Source: Reclinomonas americana ATCC 50394 (lineage: Eukaryota). Taken from it: DNA of 46,302 nucleotides. The notes beneath the pieces were generated by a model that was not told where the DNA came from, did not search any database, and worked only from the letters and a program-made list of their open reading frames with translations. Where the stretch lies: contig PS015360.1 of the NCBI GenBank assembly GCA_048213135.1, positions 176,848-223,149 of the forward strand, read 5' to 3'. Shown one piece after another: positions 1 to 13,200 of the stretch. Every line of letters begins with the position of its first letter. The first letter of the stretch is position 1. Position numbers and translations under genes: made by a program.

Positions 1-240
1 GAGGAGGAGGAGGAGGAGGAGGAGGAGGAGGAGAACAAGAACAAGAAGGAGGCGGATATGGAGAAGATGGAGAAGGAGATGAAGATGAAGGAGAGGAAGA
101 AGAAGAAAAACAAGGCGGAAGAGGAGGAGGAGAAGAAGAATGAGAGAAGAGGGAAGAAGAAGAAGAACAAGTTGGAGGAGGAGGAGAAGAAGAAGAAGGA
201 GGATGGGGAGGAGGAGGAGGAGAAGAAGAAGAAGAATAAG
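1..240. repeat. Purine-rich (GAG/AAG)n low-complexity tract
   Basis: Directly visible. Probably lies in the intron that follows the 525-1013 exon on the minus strand. Confidence 0.85.
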
Positions 241-524
241 TCGAATGAGGAACAGGGTTTCGAGAAGAAGGCAGTGTGCATGCATTTGAGTGCGCGAATG
301 TGTGTGCAAGAGAATGAGGGAGCAAACACGTGTGCGCGCGCATGAGTGGGAAAGAAGAAGAAGAAGAAGAGAAGAAGAAGAGAGACAAGTGCAGATGCAT
401 GACAGAGAGACAAGTGAGGATATCAACTGCTCAACATCATGACACACACACACTCTCTCCCGCTCCCACTCCTTCCCCCCCACTCCTCACACAACACACA
501 CTCCTCACAAACACACACACACAC

Positions 525-1013
525 CTTTGCCGAGAGTGCGGTTGGTGATGGCACCGCCGCCATGTCCGCACCTCCCCCGCGCTGCTGCTGCAGCGGTTGC
601 GTGAGATGATGATGATGGTGATGCTGGTGATGATGCGGCGAGGAGCGGTCGATGCTTCCGCGCCGGATATCCGACGACACACGACGCATACCCCCTCCTC
701 CTCCACCTATCGAAGAGGAAGGCGACGAGGAGGCAGAGCGGTCGGCGGCGGGTGGCGTGCCCGCCAGTGGCGAGAGATGCGTTGGCAATGAGTGTGGCTC
801 GCCTATGACTGAAGCAGGAGGAGGTGGCGTGGGCGGAGAGGCAGTTGCAGCATGGTTGTTCACATCGGTGTCTGCTGCTGCTGGTGTTGCTGGTGTTGTT
901 GTTGTTGAGGTGGGTGGTGGCGCCAGTGTGCGCTGTGGTGGAGGTGGGCGCAGGAGGTTCGGCTGCAGTGGGTCGGCCACTGTCGCGGTGGACTTGCTCT
1001 GGCAACAGCCCAT
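525..1013 (-). CDS. First exon of a predicted N-myristoylated/palmitoylated protein; gene continues off the window
   Basis: ATG at 1013 gives MGCCQSKST (Gly2, Cys3/4, Ser6), then a Pro/Ser/His-rich disordered region. Phase-0 donor AAG|GTGTGT at 524. Confidence 0.65.
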
Positions 1014-1214
1014 TCGTTTCGCGCACGCGTGATTGATGGAATGATATTGATGACGACAACTCCCGCCACTTTCGTTGTCGGAGGAGGCGACTCGCGGAAT
1101 GCTGTGTCGGTGCTGCTCTCCTGTGTGTGTCGTTGTTGGTGCTCTTGCTGCTGCTAGCGCTGTGTGCATTGCGATATCGGGGGTTTGTTATTTATTGCAT
1201 TAGTAGTTTAGTGA

Positions 1215-4200
1215 TTACAAGTGATGGCCGCCGCTTGCGTGTGCGTGATGATCGTCGCTGTCGTGGCGATTGTTGGCGTCGTGCTTTTCCGTGGCGTGAC
1301 CGCCTTCTTCTTCGTCGTGGTGGCCCATGGGAAGCAGCGGGATGTGCAGCGCGGAGGAGCCGGATGACGCGCGGCCACGACTGTGCCCGTGCGCTGCGCA
1401 ACGAAGATGCCATTGGTGAGGTGTGTGCGCGTGCAATCTCATGGCAAAAAACAAACGTACCTGTGGTTGGCGCATGGCTGTGCTGGTCGTGATGCTCGCC
1501 ATGGTGCTCCTCGTGACTGTCATGGTGGTCGTCGTCGTGTCCGTCGTGCTCCTCGTGATGGCCACCGTGCTTCTTCCTCTTTTCCGGGTTCCACAGTTGC
1601 GACACGACCTCCCACAGCTTGTACAGCACCGGCAGTGCGAGGATGAAGGCAATGGTGGCCATGATGGCCAAGCACGTGTACTTCTTGAAGTCGAGCGACA
1701 CTTGCGAGGCGAACAGCGTGGAGATCACCACCAGGCCACCGAGCCCGATTGACTGTCGCGCGCCACTCGTCAGCTCACACGTGCACAAACACCTACACAC
1801 ACTCTTACGTACAAACCTCCAACACATTGTCGACGGTCGTGTGGTAGGCGCGGCAGCACAGGTGGACAGTCAGGAACGCCACACACACGCACCACAGAGC
1901 CAGAGGGAGAACTTGCAGCTGATTGCTGGCCGCCAGCGGAAAGAGAACACCGAGTACCACCAAGCGACGCGTAAGCTGGTATCCTTGGTACCACACGAAC
2001 GTCGGGCGGAAGTGATGGTACAAGTGGCCGTAGCTGCGTACGACCTGTGGCGTGCACCATCGTGAGATGCCAACAAGGTCATTTACATGTACGGGGGCAG
2101 GCAACTCACCGCACGGTTGTGCAACAAGTGCCGTCGCTTCAAACGCAGGGTCCACAAGATGACAAGCACCGGAGCCGAGAGGGCCAGCGCACCGAGAATG
2201 GCAAACAGCGGCACCAAGTTAGTCCATCTGCGTACCCGTCGTGAGTATGCATCATCACCAGCAGACGAGCAGTGAGTGCTGTGCGAATCCACGCAACATT
2301 CCCTGGTAGCACACAATGCTGGGCGAGAACAGCACGACACTCGACTGTCCAACTGGCGTGCACGTAAAGAATGTAATGACCGTCTCTGCCACACCCTCGT
2401 ACACAGCGAGCGCCAGCACGACGGTGGTGGCCTTGTACATCGGCACCGATGCACCCTTGTCGAACCACACCGCGAAGCGATGCATACGACCGGGACCGGA
2501 GCAGCACCATCGGCGCATGAGCCAGCCGAGGAAGCGGTGAAGCAGCCAGGTGAGCCACAGAATGATGACATAGAGCACCGGCGACACGATGCGACTCAGC
2601 ATGTCGCCCATGGCGTCGAGGTGGAATGGACAGCCAATGTCGAACAGGTGCGGAATCCAGAAGCTGACCAGTCGGCCAAGCGCTACCAGCTCCACGTTGG
2701 GATAGAAGAGGAGCGTGGTCGTTTGCAGCAGGAAAATGAGCATTTCAGCCGCGGCTGCAAGTCAGCGTGAGCGGAGGCACACACACACGCACGCACTCGC
2801 GACACGCTCACAGCACCTTCACCACCGCCGCCGAGGAAAAGCATGTGCACAAAGACCACAAACACCCACATCTTGAAGACGGTCCATGCGACGGCACCGA
2901 TCGAGGTGGTGGCGCACGGAATGCAGTCGCCCTGCCACTGCGAGAATCCGGCCTGCAAGCAGAACGCACGTCAGAGGAGAAGAGCTCACGGCAGCACTTG
3001 GAGAGCAAACAAGGGAGCATACGCACCTGACAGGCGCCACACATGGTGGAGTTGGCCAGTCGGTTCGTCTCCTCGTTGCAGTACTCCGAGTCGGAGCCGA
3101 CCGGCTCGTCGTCATCTCTTTCGCAGTAATCAAAGGGGCAAATGTAGGCCACCAGGAGACCACTGGCATCGGGTAGCACCTGCGAGCCGGCAATGCCACC
3201 GGAGAGCACCGACAGTGTGGTGGAGTCGTCGTCGACAGGGAAGGCCCAGTAGTTGGACAGCACCGACACCGGATCGCCCAACTGACACACCATGTTGGGC
3301 GGGCAAGGCTGACATGTCTGATTGAAGGCCACGCTACCGAGAGCGTACTGGCCATTGGGGCACGCCTGACAGCCGACACCGTCAACATACGCGGTGCCGC
3401 CTGGGCAAGGCGAAACATCGATGGAGATGGAAGGCGACGACCCGCCAAATGAACCGCCGCCCACATTGCTGATGGTGAGCGGGAAATCAGTCGAACGGGT
3501 GTCGAGCATGGCGAGGTGACGGCGGGAATGCGTGTGCGACAGTTGCTGCTGCACGGGTGCCATCTCCACCACCGAAATCTCAAACGTGGCTGTGCCGGCC
3601 ACTGTGGCTTGAAGATCCTCTTGATCCTGTTAACATTAACGTTACGCACACACATGCCCACTGTCATTTCGAAGAAACGGGAGCGCGAGGCATCGAGACG
3701 CGCGCTGCTCACCGCGGCCGCGCAACCAGGGCAGTTGATCTGAAACACGGCGCCATTGTACGTCGTCATGGGCTGGTTGAACACATCGGTGGCGTTCACC
3801 AACAGCGTGCGCGGAATCTGACTGCTCGGATACGTCACCGAACCCGGAACCAGACCGGCTGTCACTGTCCATAGAGCTGCAATGAATGAGGAGAGAAACA
3901 CGTGCGTAAGCAGACGTGCAGCAGTCGCGAATTTGGTGCAAGGCGACGAGCACGCAACAGCTGGCCACATCATTCGCCTCATAATTCGAGGCCAAGTTGC
4001 TGGTGACCAACACGCCAAGCGACTGCATGTAGTTTGTCCAGCCACCCGCCAATAGCACTGCACTCGCCATGGAGCTCAGTAGCGACGGATCCGATCCACC
4101 GTCCCAATAGATGCCACCGCCTGCACCGGAACCCACCGAGTCGGGCATGCCAAAGGCGGAATTGAAGGAGAATGTCGAATCACGTAAGCTGATGCCAGCA

Positions 4201-7200
4201 CCGCTCGACGTCGACGACGGGGCTGAAAGGGACACGTAGAGGCCACCTCCACGACCCGCGTTCGCCGTGTTACCGGTGAATGTGGAGCTAACAATATTGA
4301 CGGCTACGACGCTCTCTACGTACGCTCCGCCGCCGTCGCTCTGAGACGCAGTGTTCGATGTGATCATGCAGCCGGTGCAGTTGAATATGCCACTGCCAGA
4401 GGCAACAATTCCTCCACCGTACGATGCGGCCGTGTTCCCGACAATAGTGGTACCGGAGAGCAGTGAAATCACCTGGTTGCCAGTGTACAGAGCTGCTCCG
4501 AATTCGGCGCTGTTTTGCGCCAGTCGAGCACCGACCAGCGAGAGAGTCGACGTCTCAGTGGCGCAAATACCTCCACCCCCACCGAGGCTGCACGAGTTGC
4601 TACCAAAGTAGGCACCGGTCAGCGAGACACTGGTGGTGCCGGTGATGAAAGCTGCACCCCCCTCCAGTCCAGACCGTCCGCCGACCAACGTTCCGTCTAC
4701 ATCGGACCACGTACTGAGGCCAGTGAGCGTCAGGTGACCGCCACTTGTGCCCGCTGCATTGCTCGTGAAGGTAGAGTTCACCGTGGTGATCGAGGCCAGT
4801 TGTGAAACAGCCAATCCACCACCCGACAGCGCCGCCGAATTGCCAGTTACGTTGCAGGCGCGCAAATTGACAATGGCGGCGCCTTCCACGTAGAAGCCAC
4901 CGCCGTCGGCGCGTGGCGCGTAATTTGCGTAGATTACCGTCGACGTCAGATTGTGCACACTGCTGTCCGACACAAAGAAACCGCTGCCAAATGTTGCGCG
5001 ATTGCCGTAGAGACTCGCGTCTTGCCACACCGACGCAGAGTTGGAGTCGGCAAAGACTGCGCCTCCAAACTGCACGGCCGTGTTGTTGTGCACTCTGGAT
5101 AGAGAGAACACTGACAGCGTCGATCGCTGCGTGAGATACACACCACCGCCTCGTTCGCCAGCCGCATTGCCGTATACAGCTGTGTTGCTGACGAGATTCA
5201 ACTGCGCCAAGTTGGAGATAACAGCCGCACCACCACCCAGCAGAGCTGTGTTGGCCGCCACCACAGTGTTCGAGACGGTAGCAGACGAGGCAGCCTCCGC
5301 CAGCAAGATACCACCACCAAATCCCAGGACAGAGTTATTCTGTACGCTGCAGTTTTCCAGGACATTCTCCAAGTCACTCAAGAGCACACCTCCGCCACCG
5401 TACTCCGCAGAATTGGCACTGACGACGGCACTGGCCAGGCGGGAGCGTGTACCCATCAACACACCGCCGCCCATCGCCAACGGTCCACTGACAGAGTTGC
5501 CAATAATAGTGCAGCCGCTGGATGAACTCATCGAGTACAGCAACAAGGCGCCACCGCCACACGATGTCCCCGCCGCCACCTCAGGCGACAGGAGCACCGC
5601 GCTGTTGGCCGTAAAAGTCGACGAGTTGATCTGCACTCCGTTGAATGTCAACACACCACCGCCACCACAATAGTCGCCGGACGAGTAACGACGCAGGAGT
5701 TGGAGCGCTTGCTGCCCACCGATTCCAGGATCGATGGCTGTGTTGTTGACAAACGTACACGAGGAAATCACAGAGGGCGCATTCAACACCATCAGCGCGC
5801 CACCTCCGTTGACCGAGCTGCCTTGCGAGTTCAGCAAGTTGTTGTCGCCGCCTGATCCGTCATGGTACGAAGTATTGTTGGTGAAGGTGCTGCCGGTCAG
5901 CGAGAACAGAGCCTGCATGGACGATGAGCGACGACTATTTGGTAGTCTAGCAGATAACTGACGTACCTGAGGCGACGCCAAGAATGGTGCCGAAATGAGT
6001 GCACCACCGCCACCATTGAGGCCACCGAATGAGGCGCCGAGTGACTTGGAGTTGCTGCCACCAGAGCCATTTTGCCGGGACTGATTGTTGACGAACACGG
6101 CTCCGCTAATCGTCTGCGTTCGGCGTAAGTGTGTGTACAAGTTGCACGATTGCGAATGAACAACTCGCATGCTACTCACCGCCTGTCCAGGCAGCGTGCC
6201 AACCCCATACAGAAGCAATCCTCCTCCACCGCAGTACGAAGCTGAGCTGGAGCCGGAGCCCACATTACCGCTCCCACCGTTTCCTGCACCTCAAGCACAT
6301 CAGCGCTCAACGCTCTCTCGATAGGGTCGCTGTGTAACGCACCATTTTGCGCCGCCACGTTGTTGGTAAATGTGACTGCCGACATCTGCACGACAATGAT
6401 TTCGTGTGAGGAACACCGGGGAGAAAGTAAAAATTTGCAATCTGGACGCCACCTGCACCACGCCCGAGTACGTCACCAGCAGCGCTCCGCCACCATGCGC
6501 AAATCCAGTAGCGTCGCCACGATCCGTACTGCCACTGCCGCCAGCACCGTTACCTACCGCCGAATTTCTGGTGAACGTCAGTCCAACCATGGACTGGAGG
6601 GGCATGCATAACGTGAGTGCGCGTGAGCTACAGCTCGTCAGAAGCAAGGAACGTACTCGTTGTAGCACTCACCAGCGTGGTGTTTTGGAAAGCAGAGAGA
6701 AGTGCTGCACCGCCACCGCAGGTGCCACTGGACGAATTCGCAATGGTCGAGTTGGAGCCACCGCAGCAGGACGATGTCACGCTGTTGCTGTCAAAGACGC
6801 AGTTGCTGATCAACTACAGTACCATGATATCACTTATTCAGATATCGACAGCAATAGCATCCGAGGGTGACAGGAAACTGCACCTGACTTCCGGCCCCGT
6901 ATTGGACCATTATGGCTCCACCCCCACTGCTTCCTTCCTCACTCGACACATCGTACGCGACACCTGAGCACAGCAGTTTCATATGGAGAACAGCGACGCA
7001 CGCGTACACGGACGGCACAAACCGCCATTGCTACTGCCAGTCACAAAGTTCCGTCGAAAGACGCAGTTGTCAATCACCTGCCGACAGCAGTGTCAAGCAT
7101 CACCCCCCATGCCCTCCTTCGTGTGAGTATGCACTGACCTGATTGCCCTGAGTTACAAATTGCACGTTGAGTGCGCCGCCTCCACAGTATCCACCACTGC

Positions 7201-10200
7201 CACGCGCCGTGCCCAACGTGGCTTGTAATGCAGAGCCTGTGTAGCGTGGATGAGAGCCGGAAAACATGGAGAAGATGAACGCAGGCAGACGGCGATGCAT
7301 GCCACACCAGCTGTGCCCGCTTGGGAGACGGAATTGTCGAGAAACTGGGAGCCGGTGATGGTCTACGATAGAACGAGCGAATTCAAATGAGTGCGAGAGG
7401 CAGAGTGGTCTCTCTCTCTCTCTCTCTTCTTTTTCACCTGATTTGCGGCTACATTAAAATACACGAACATGGCTCCGCCCCCGTTTCCTCCACCATTGCT
7501 GTTTGCTGAGGCCGACGACTGCACGTTGCTGGCATAGCCTGCGAGTGCAATGAACAAGACGACCTGCAAGTGTGGAGGAAGACAGGTGGACGAATGCACA
7601 CACGTACCTCCACTGCCACTCCCAACAGCAGAGTTGTTGAAGAAGGTGCAGTTTTGCGTCAACTTTTTTTACGCAGCAATACGCGTGAGCAACAAAATGT
7701 GTTTCGTGTAAGACTCGAAGGAGCACACACTGTGAGAACCTGCACGGCGGTGCCATAAAAGAAGATATTGACTCCGCCTCCCCCGTCTCCACTGCTGTAC
7801 GAGTCCGCAAACGACGTCGTGCCACCGACACCTGCCACTGGCGAGTTGGCAAACAGCATCAACACTACAGCGTGCGCAGAGTGGCGTACGAAACTACTGC
7901 CACCGGCACCATCCATCGTCGACAGATTGCTGGCAAATGTGCAGTTGCTCATGATCTGCACCACGGGCAACAATGAAAACCCAGCAGCGCGCGCATGTCC
8001 TTCGCTGACAAAGATAGAAGCAAACCTGCGAGCCGTTTCCATTGAAGAATACAAAGGCACCACCGCCACCACTCGTGTACCCGTTGGCCACGGACGTCAC
8101 AGAGCCAGTTAGAAAGAACCCATTGGCGATACCTGCAAACAGACCCATCATCATCCAGTGATCAATTGAACCCGCCCATCATGGCAACGTGCAACACAAC
8201 CTCCTGCGCCATTGTATGACGATACGTTCGACGTAAAGACCGACGAGGAAATGTACTGCGCACAAGCGAGATCAGCTCACGACACGCGACATTAAAGACG
8301 CACGTGAAACAGACCTGCGCGCTGGTGTTGTAAAAGAGGACCCACAATCCACCGCCACCACTCAGCGACGCAGCTGAGATGGCACTCGACGGACCCTGGT
8401 TGAGCGAGGTACCTGCACAACTCAAGTGAGCAGAGGAAGCACGCACGCACGCCAGCGGGCACAATGTATACACACCTCCGGCACCGTTGAACGCGGCCGT
8501 ATTGCTGGTGAACGAGCACCGAGTGATATTCTACATTCAACAATGAGTGAATAGGCTCCAGCCACAGCACAAAAAACAGGCAACACGACGACTGCCGGCG
8601 CCCCACCTGACTGCCAACATTGTTGAACAAGGAGAGGACTCCACCACCTCCGACCATACTCGACGACGTATCAGTCACCACTTGATTTGTCGCCAACACA
8701 TTCGTTGCTTGTGCTACACACGAGAGAAGCACATGAGTGAAGAAGGAACAGAGGAAGAGAGAATGCGAAAGCACACTACCTTGGCCGCCACTGCCGCATC
8801 CCGTGGCCGAGTTGAGCGTGAACAAGCTGTCTGTAAATGTCTGTGACGATGTGAACCAACGGCATGAGAGCTCTTGGCACACATACGGAGGAGAGGACTC
8901 GGCGGCAGACACGCACCTGGTTGGCATTCTGGTTGAATGCAGCGAGCATGCCACCACCGCCGCTGACAATCGTGAGAATCGTCTCTGCGAGTGCATTGCC
9001 GCCATTTGTTGCCGTAGCTTGCAAATCGCCAACGGTATTAGCACGACGAGGAGTAGAGCGGCAGCACAACAACCAAGAGGTAGCTTACCAAGTCCACCAC
9101 TGCCACAGTTTAGAGCCGTGTTGTTGCGAAACACTGTGGACTCCACACTCTGCATACAAGTCAGCGACACACCGCACCAGCCGACCAACCTCAGTTGAAT
9201 CACGTAGATGTACCTGTGCGCCGTTGGTATTCATGTAGAGAAACAGGCCGCCACCGCCAGCGGTTCCACCCAAACTGTGCGCGGTGGCTACACCGGCGCC
9301 AGTGACCGTGGCTGCATCGATCCAGCACAATCAGCACACACCCACATCCGCAGTATTCACCTTGTTGTCCACTCACCAGTACCGCCTCGACTGTTGCCAC
9401 TCGAGACATTGTTCGTGAAGAAACTGCGCGTGACCACCTGCACCACACAAGGGTTGAGGGGCAAGCAAGGCGATTGCTTTGTTGCACAGAGGGACTGCCG
9501 CACCTGACTGCCAAGACCGTACGCCACAGCCCACAGACCCCCACCACCAGCGAGGCCTGTGGCACAATTAGCCGACGCCGTGTTGGCGACGGTTGTCGCG
9601 TTACCTGGGCAGCCCGACATGCTTCAGTAAAACGGTACGCGCACACACGCCCGCGACAACATACCGCCACTGCCGTTGTTGATCGCAGTATTGGCGTCGA
9701 ATGTGCATCGGTCAACGGTCTGCGGTTTGCAAAGTCAGCGACAGGGATCGAGAAGTGGAAACCCAAGAAAATGCACACATACCTGTTGCATGGACTGGGA
9801 GAACATGGCATTAAGGCCTGCGCCACCGTGGAATCCACCATTCGAGTTTGCCGATGCACTCTGCGCGCCCATCGCCGTGCCTGTTCTCCGCGACATGAGC
9901 GACAATAGCACAGCAGCAGGCATAGTACAAATGTCATCTTCTCACCGCCAGAGCCATTGCCGGTGGCTGAGTTGCGCAAAAACGAACTCGCTTGCACTAC
10001 CTAAGCGAGCAATACCTCTGAGGAACCACGCACCCGCCGACGCAAACAATCTTCGATACCCCCCCACCTGTGTGCCAGCCACCTGGAAGAAGGCAAGAAT
10101 GCCACCTCCACCGGTATGTTGCGCTGCAGTGTCGGACACGGCTGTGGGGCTCGAAGTGATGCGGCCACCGACGCCGTTGTTGCTGGCCATATTGCTCACA

Positions 10201-13200
10201 AAATAGCAATTTGTGGTGTTCTGAGAGAAAAACTCGCGTGAGCGCGACGAGAGACAGGAGGCAGCGCGTGCACGATTCGCACCTGGAAAGCAGTACCCCC
10301 GAAACTGGTCCACACGCCTCCACCACCGCTGGTGTTGGCACCACTTGTTGCCACCGCCGCGCCGCCAGAGTTCGAGATTGAGCCTGTGCGCAACAATGAG
10401 CAGCAACATTACCATAAAGAGGAGACACGGCTGCGCACCACCAGCTCCATTGGCAACAGCGACGTTGGCCGTGAAATTGGATTGCGTAAAGGACTGTTTG
10501 GGTGAAAGGAGTGAGAGAAAGAACGCACTCATAACAAGTATCCCCCCACACGTACTTGCGAAGCAGTGGAACTAAAGTATGTCCATACTGCGCCACCGCC
10601 ATTGCTGACACCGTTGGCTTCAGCTGTCGACGACAGCGTGCCACTGGCCACACCTGCGCAAGCGGGGAAAACAATTTGAATGACATATACACAGCACATA
10701 CACAAGCGATTTGCATGCATGCACACCGCCGTTTGCATTGCCCGACGCAATATTGAAAGCCACGGTTGAATTGGAAATGGTCTGTCGGCGGGGGGAAAAA
10801 CTACGCGATGAACAACGCCGGCACATGAAAAATATGCGCGAATGCAAACCTGCGAGCCGGCACCGGTAAAGTACGACCACAGAGCACCGCCGCCGCTGAG
10901 GCCTCCGCTCGCGCTTGCAGCCTTCTGACCTTGCCCAGTGGCCGTGCCTGTCAAGCCCACGAGCTGAGACGACTGACAATCACTAACTCACAGGCCGACG
11001 ACTCACCTGCGCAAGCGTTGCCGGTGGCACTGTTGCCCGTGAATATGCTGTCGGTGATTAGTTGAGTACCGGTGCCCGTAAAGTTCGCCCAGATGCCGCC
11101 ACCGCCACTGAGCGATGCACTCGCCAAGGCAGTTCCACTGCCGTTGCAGGTGGACGTACCTGTACGAGGAGACAAAATTAAACCTCATGCGTGGATTGAC
11201 AGAGATGGCGGCGGCCTCGCACACGAACCACCCGACGCATTGTACGTGGCGGCGTTGGAGGTGAAATTCGACGCAGAAGTCACCAGTGATCCATTGACAT
11301 CGAACCGGAGCCACACGGCGCCGCCGCCATGACTGCCACCACCGCTGTTGGACGTCGCTCCGCCGTACGTGCCGGAGGCCGTCGAGTTTCCTGCCAAGCA
11401 CAACAATGCAGTCGAGTGAGACTCCTGTACAATTTGCACGATCTCCACAATCGAACACGAACCGGCATTGCCATTACCCATGGCCACATTTGACTGGAAG
11501 CTGGATCTGCTTGTCAGCTGCAAACATGGGAAATTTCAGCGCGAGTAACAAGTCGTGAATGAGCACCGACCGACTGGCCGCACCTGGTTGCCACCCGCAG
11601 CAAAGCGCGTCCACACAGCTCCACCCCCGTTGCCGACACCGTTCGCGCCAGCGGTGACCAGCAGGCTGGTGACACCCGTGGCTACGAAATCAATGTGCAC
11701 GTCAGAGAGACGCGATGGTGAACAAGAATAGCAGTTTACGCACAGTTACCACCAACTCCATTCGAGATGGCACCGTTGCCGAGAAAGACACTATCGGTAA
11801 TGGTCTGTGACCAACGGAGAGGGGCACCATGAATCACCAACCACGGACAATCACTGCAGCTCTTCGACAGCATTCCTTGCCCCACCTGCATGCTGCTTAC
11901 TCCGGCAAAGTGTGACCACAGACCTCCACCGCCGCTAGAGCCGGTGCCGGAGCTGGCAGTGGAACTGGTGACACCGCCCGAACACAATCCACCCGCACCA
12001 TTCAATTCGGCGCGGTTTGATGAAAACGTCGCAAGCGACAGAGTCTGCACATCATTCGTGAATGGCGGCGACAAGGGGGAAAAGAGACAGAAATGGCAGA
12101 CCTGGTTGCCGCCCGCAGCAAAGTACGACCACAACGCGCCACCACCATTCGCAGAGGTAGAACTGAGTGTGCTTGCCAGATTGCCCGACGCAGTGCCTGC
12201 ATCACTGGTGGGCACGGCGGAAGGATAGCATCATCACACAAGGAGACTCGAACGTACCGCCATTGCTGTTGCTCCATGCAGTGTTGTTTGAAAAGTTGGT
12301 GGAGTCGACCATCTGCCACCAGCAGATGAGTACTACCACCAAGCAACGCAGGGGATGAACGGAGACGAGGGAAGCAACCTGCAAGCCAAAGGCGCCAAAG
12401 TAGACCCACGCAGCGCCACCACCTGCTTGTCCGCCAGTGCTCTCCGCAAACACAATCGTGCCAGCGAGTGCCGTACCTCCGTTGCAGTTGAGAGACGCGG
12501 TGTTGGAGGTGAATGTGGATCTCGAAATGACCTGCGTGCACTTGTAGTGTCAAGACAGAGCAGGAGAAACCGCAGTTGTGTGAAAGAGGGTAGAGATTCA
12601 TGTATACCTGGCTTCCAGTGCTACTGAAATACACCCACAGAGCACCACCACCAACTGCAGCGCTAGCACTGTCCGCCGCTGATGTCACAGTATCCAGCAA
12701 TATGCTGGTCGCAGCACCTGTCGGCAGTCACATCATCAGAAAAGACCCCTCCACTCAAAGAACACGCAAAGCGACGACTCACCACCGACACCATTCGACG
12801 ACGCACTGTTCATCGAGAAGGTGCAGTTGGCAATGGTCTGCGCGCTACCACTGACGGAGAAATACGTCCACAGGCCACCTCCGCCGACGTTGGCGCTGTT
12901 GCTCGAGGCCACAGCACCTCGTGCCAGGCCGTTTGCAGTTCCTGCGCAGGGTAGGTTGGAGGGAGGGAGGGAGGGAGGGAGGGAGGGAGGAGAGGGGAGG
13001 GAGGGAGGGAGGGAGGAGAGGGGGAGAGGGAGGAGAGGGAGAGAAAGACAAACAGATAGACAACCAGACAGACAGATAAACAGAGAGAGAGAAAGAGACA
13101 GAGCAGGCACGCACAGAGAGTGTTTGTGAGAAAACAAACAGATTGAGAAACAGAAAGAGAAGAGAGACACGTAGACACATATACACGCACACGCACCACC

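Noticed and set aside
58-345. Lys/Glu-rich ORF
   Set aside because: Translation of a GAG/AAG simple repeat with no sign of real coding; probably intronic on the other strand.
5041-5673. Long plus-strand ORFs here and at 16086-17027
   Set aside because: Antisense shadows of the GC-rich minus-strand repeat exons.
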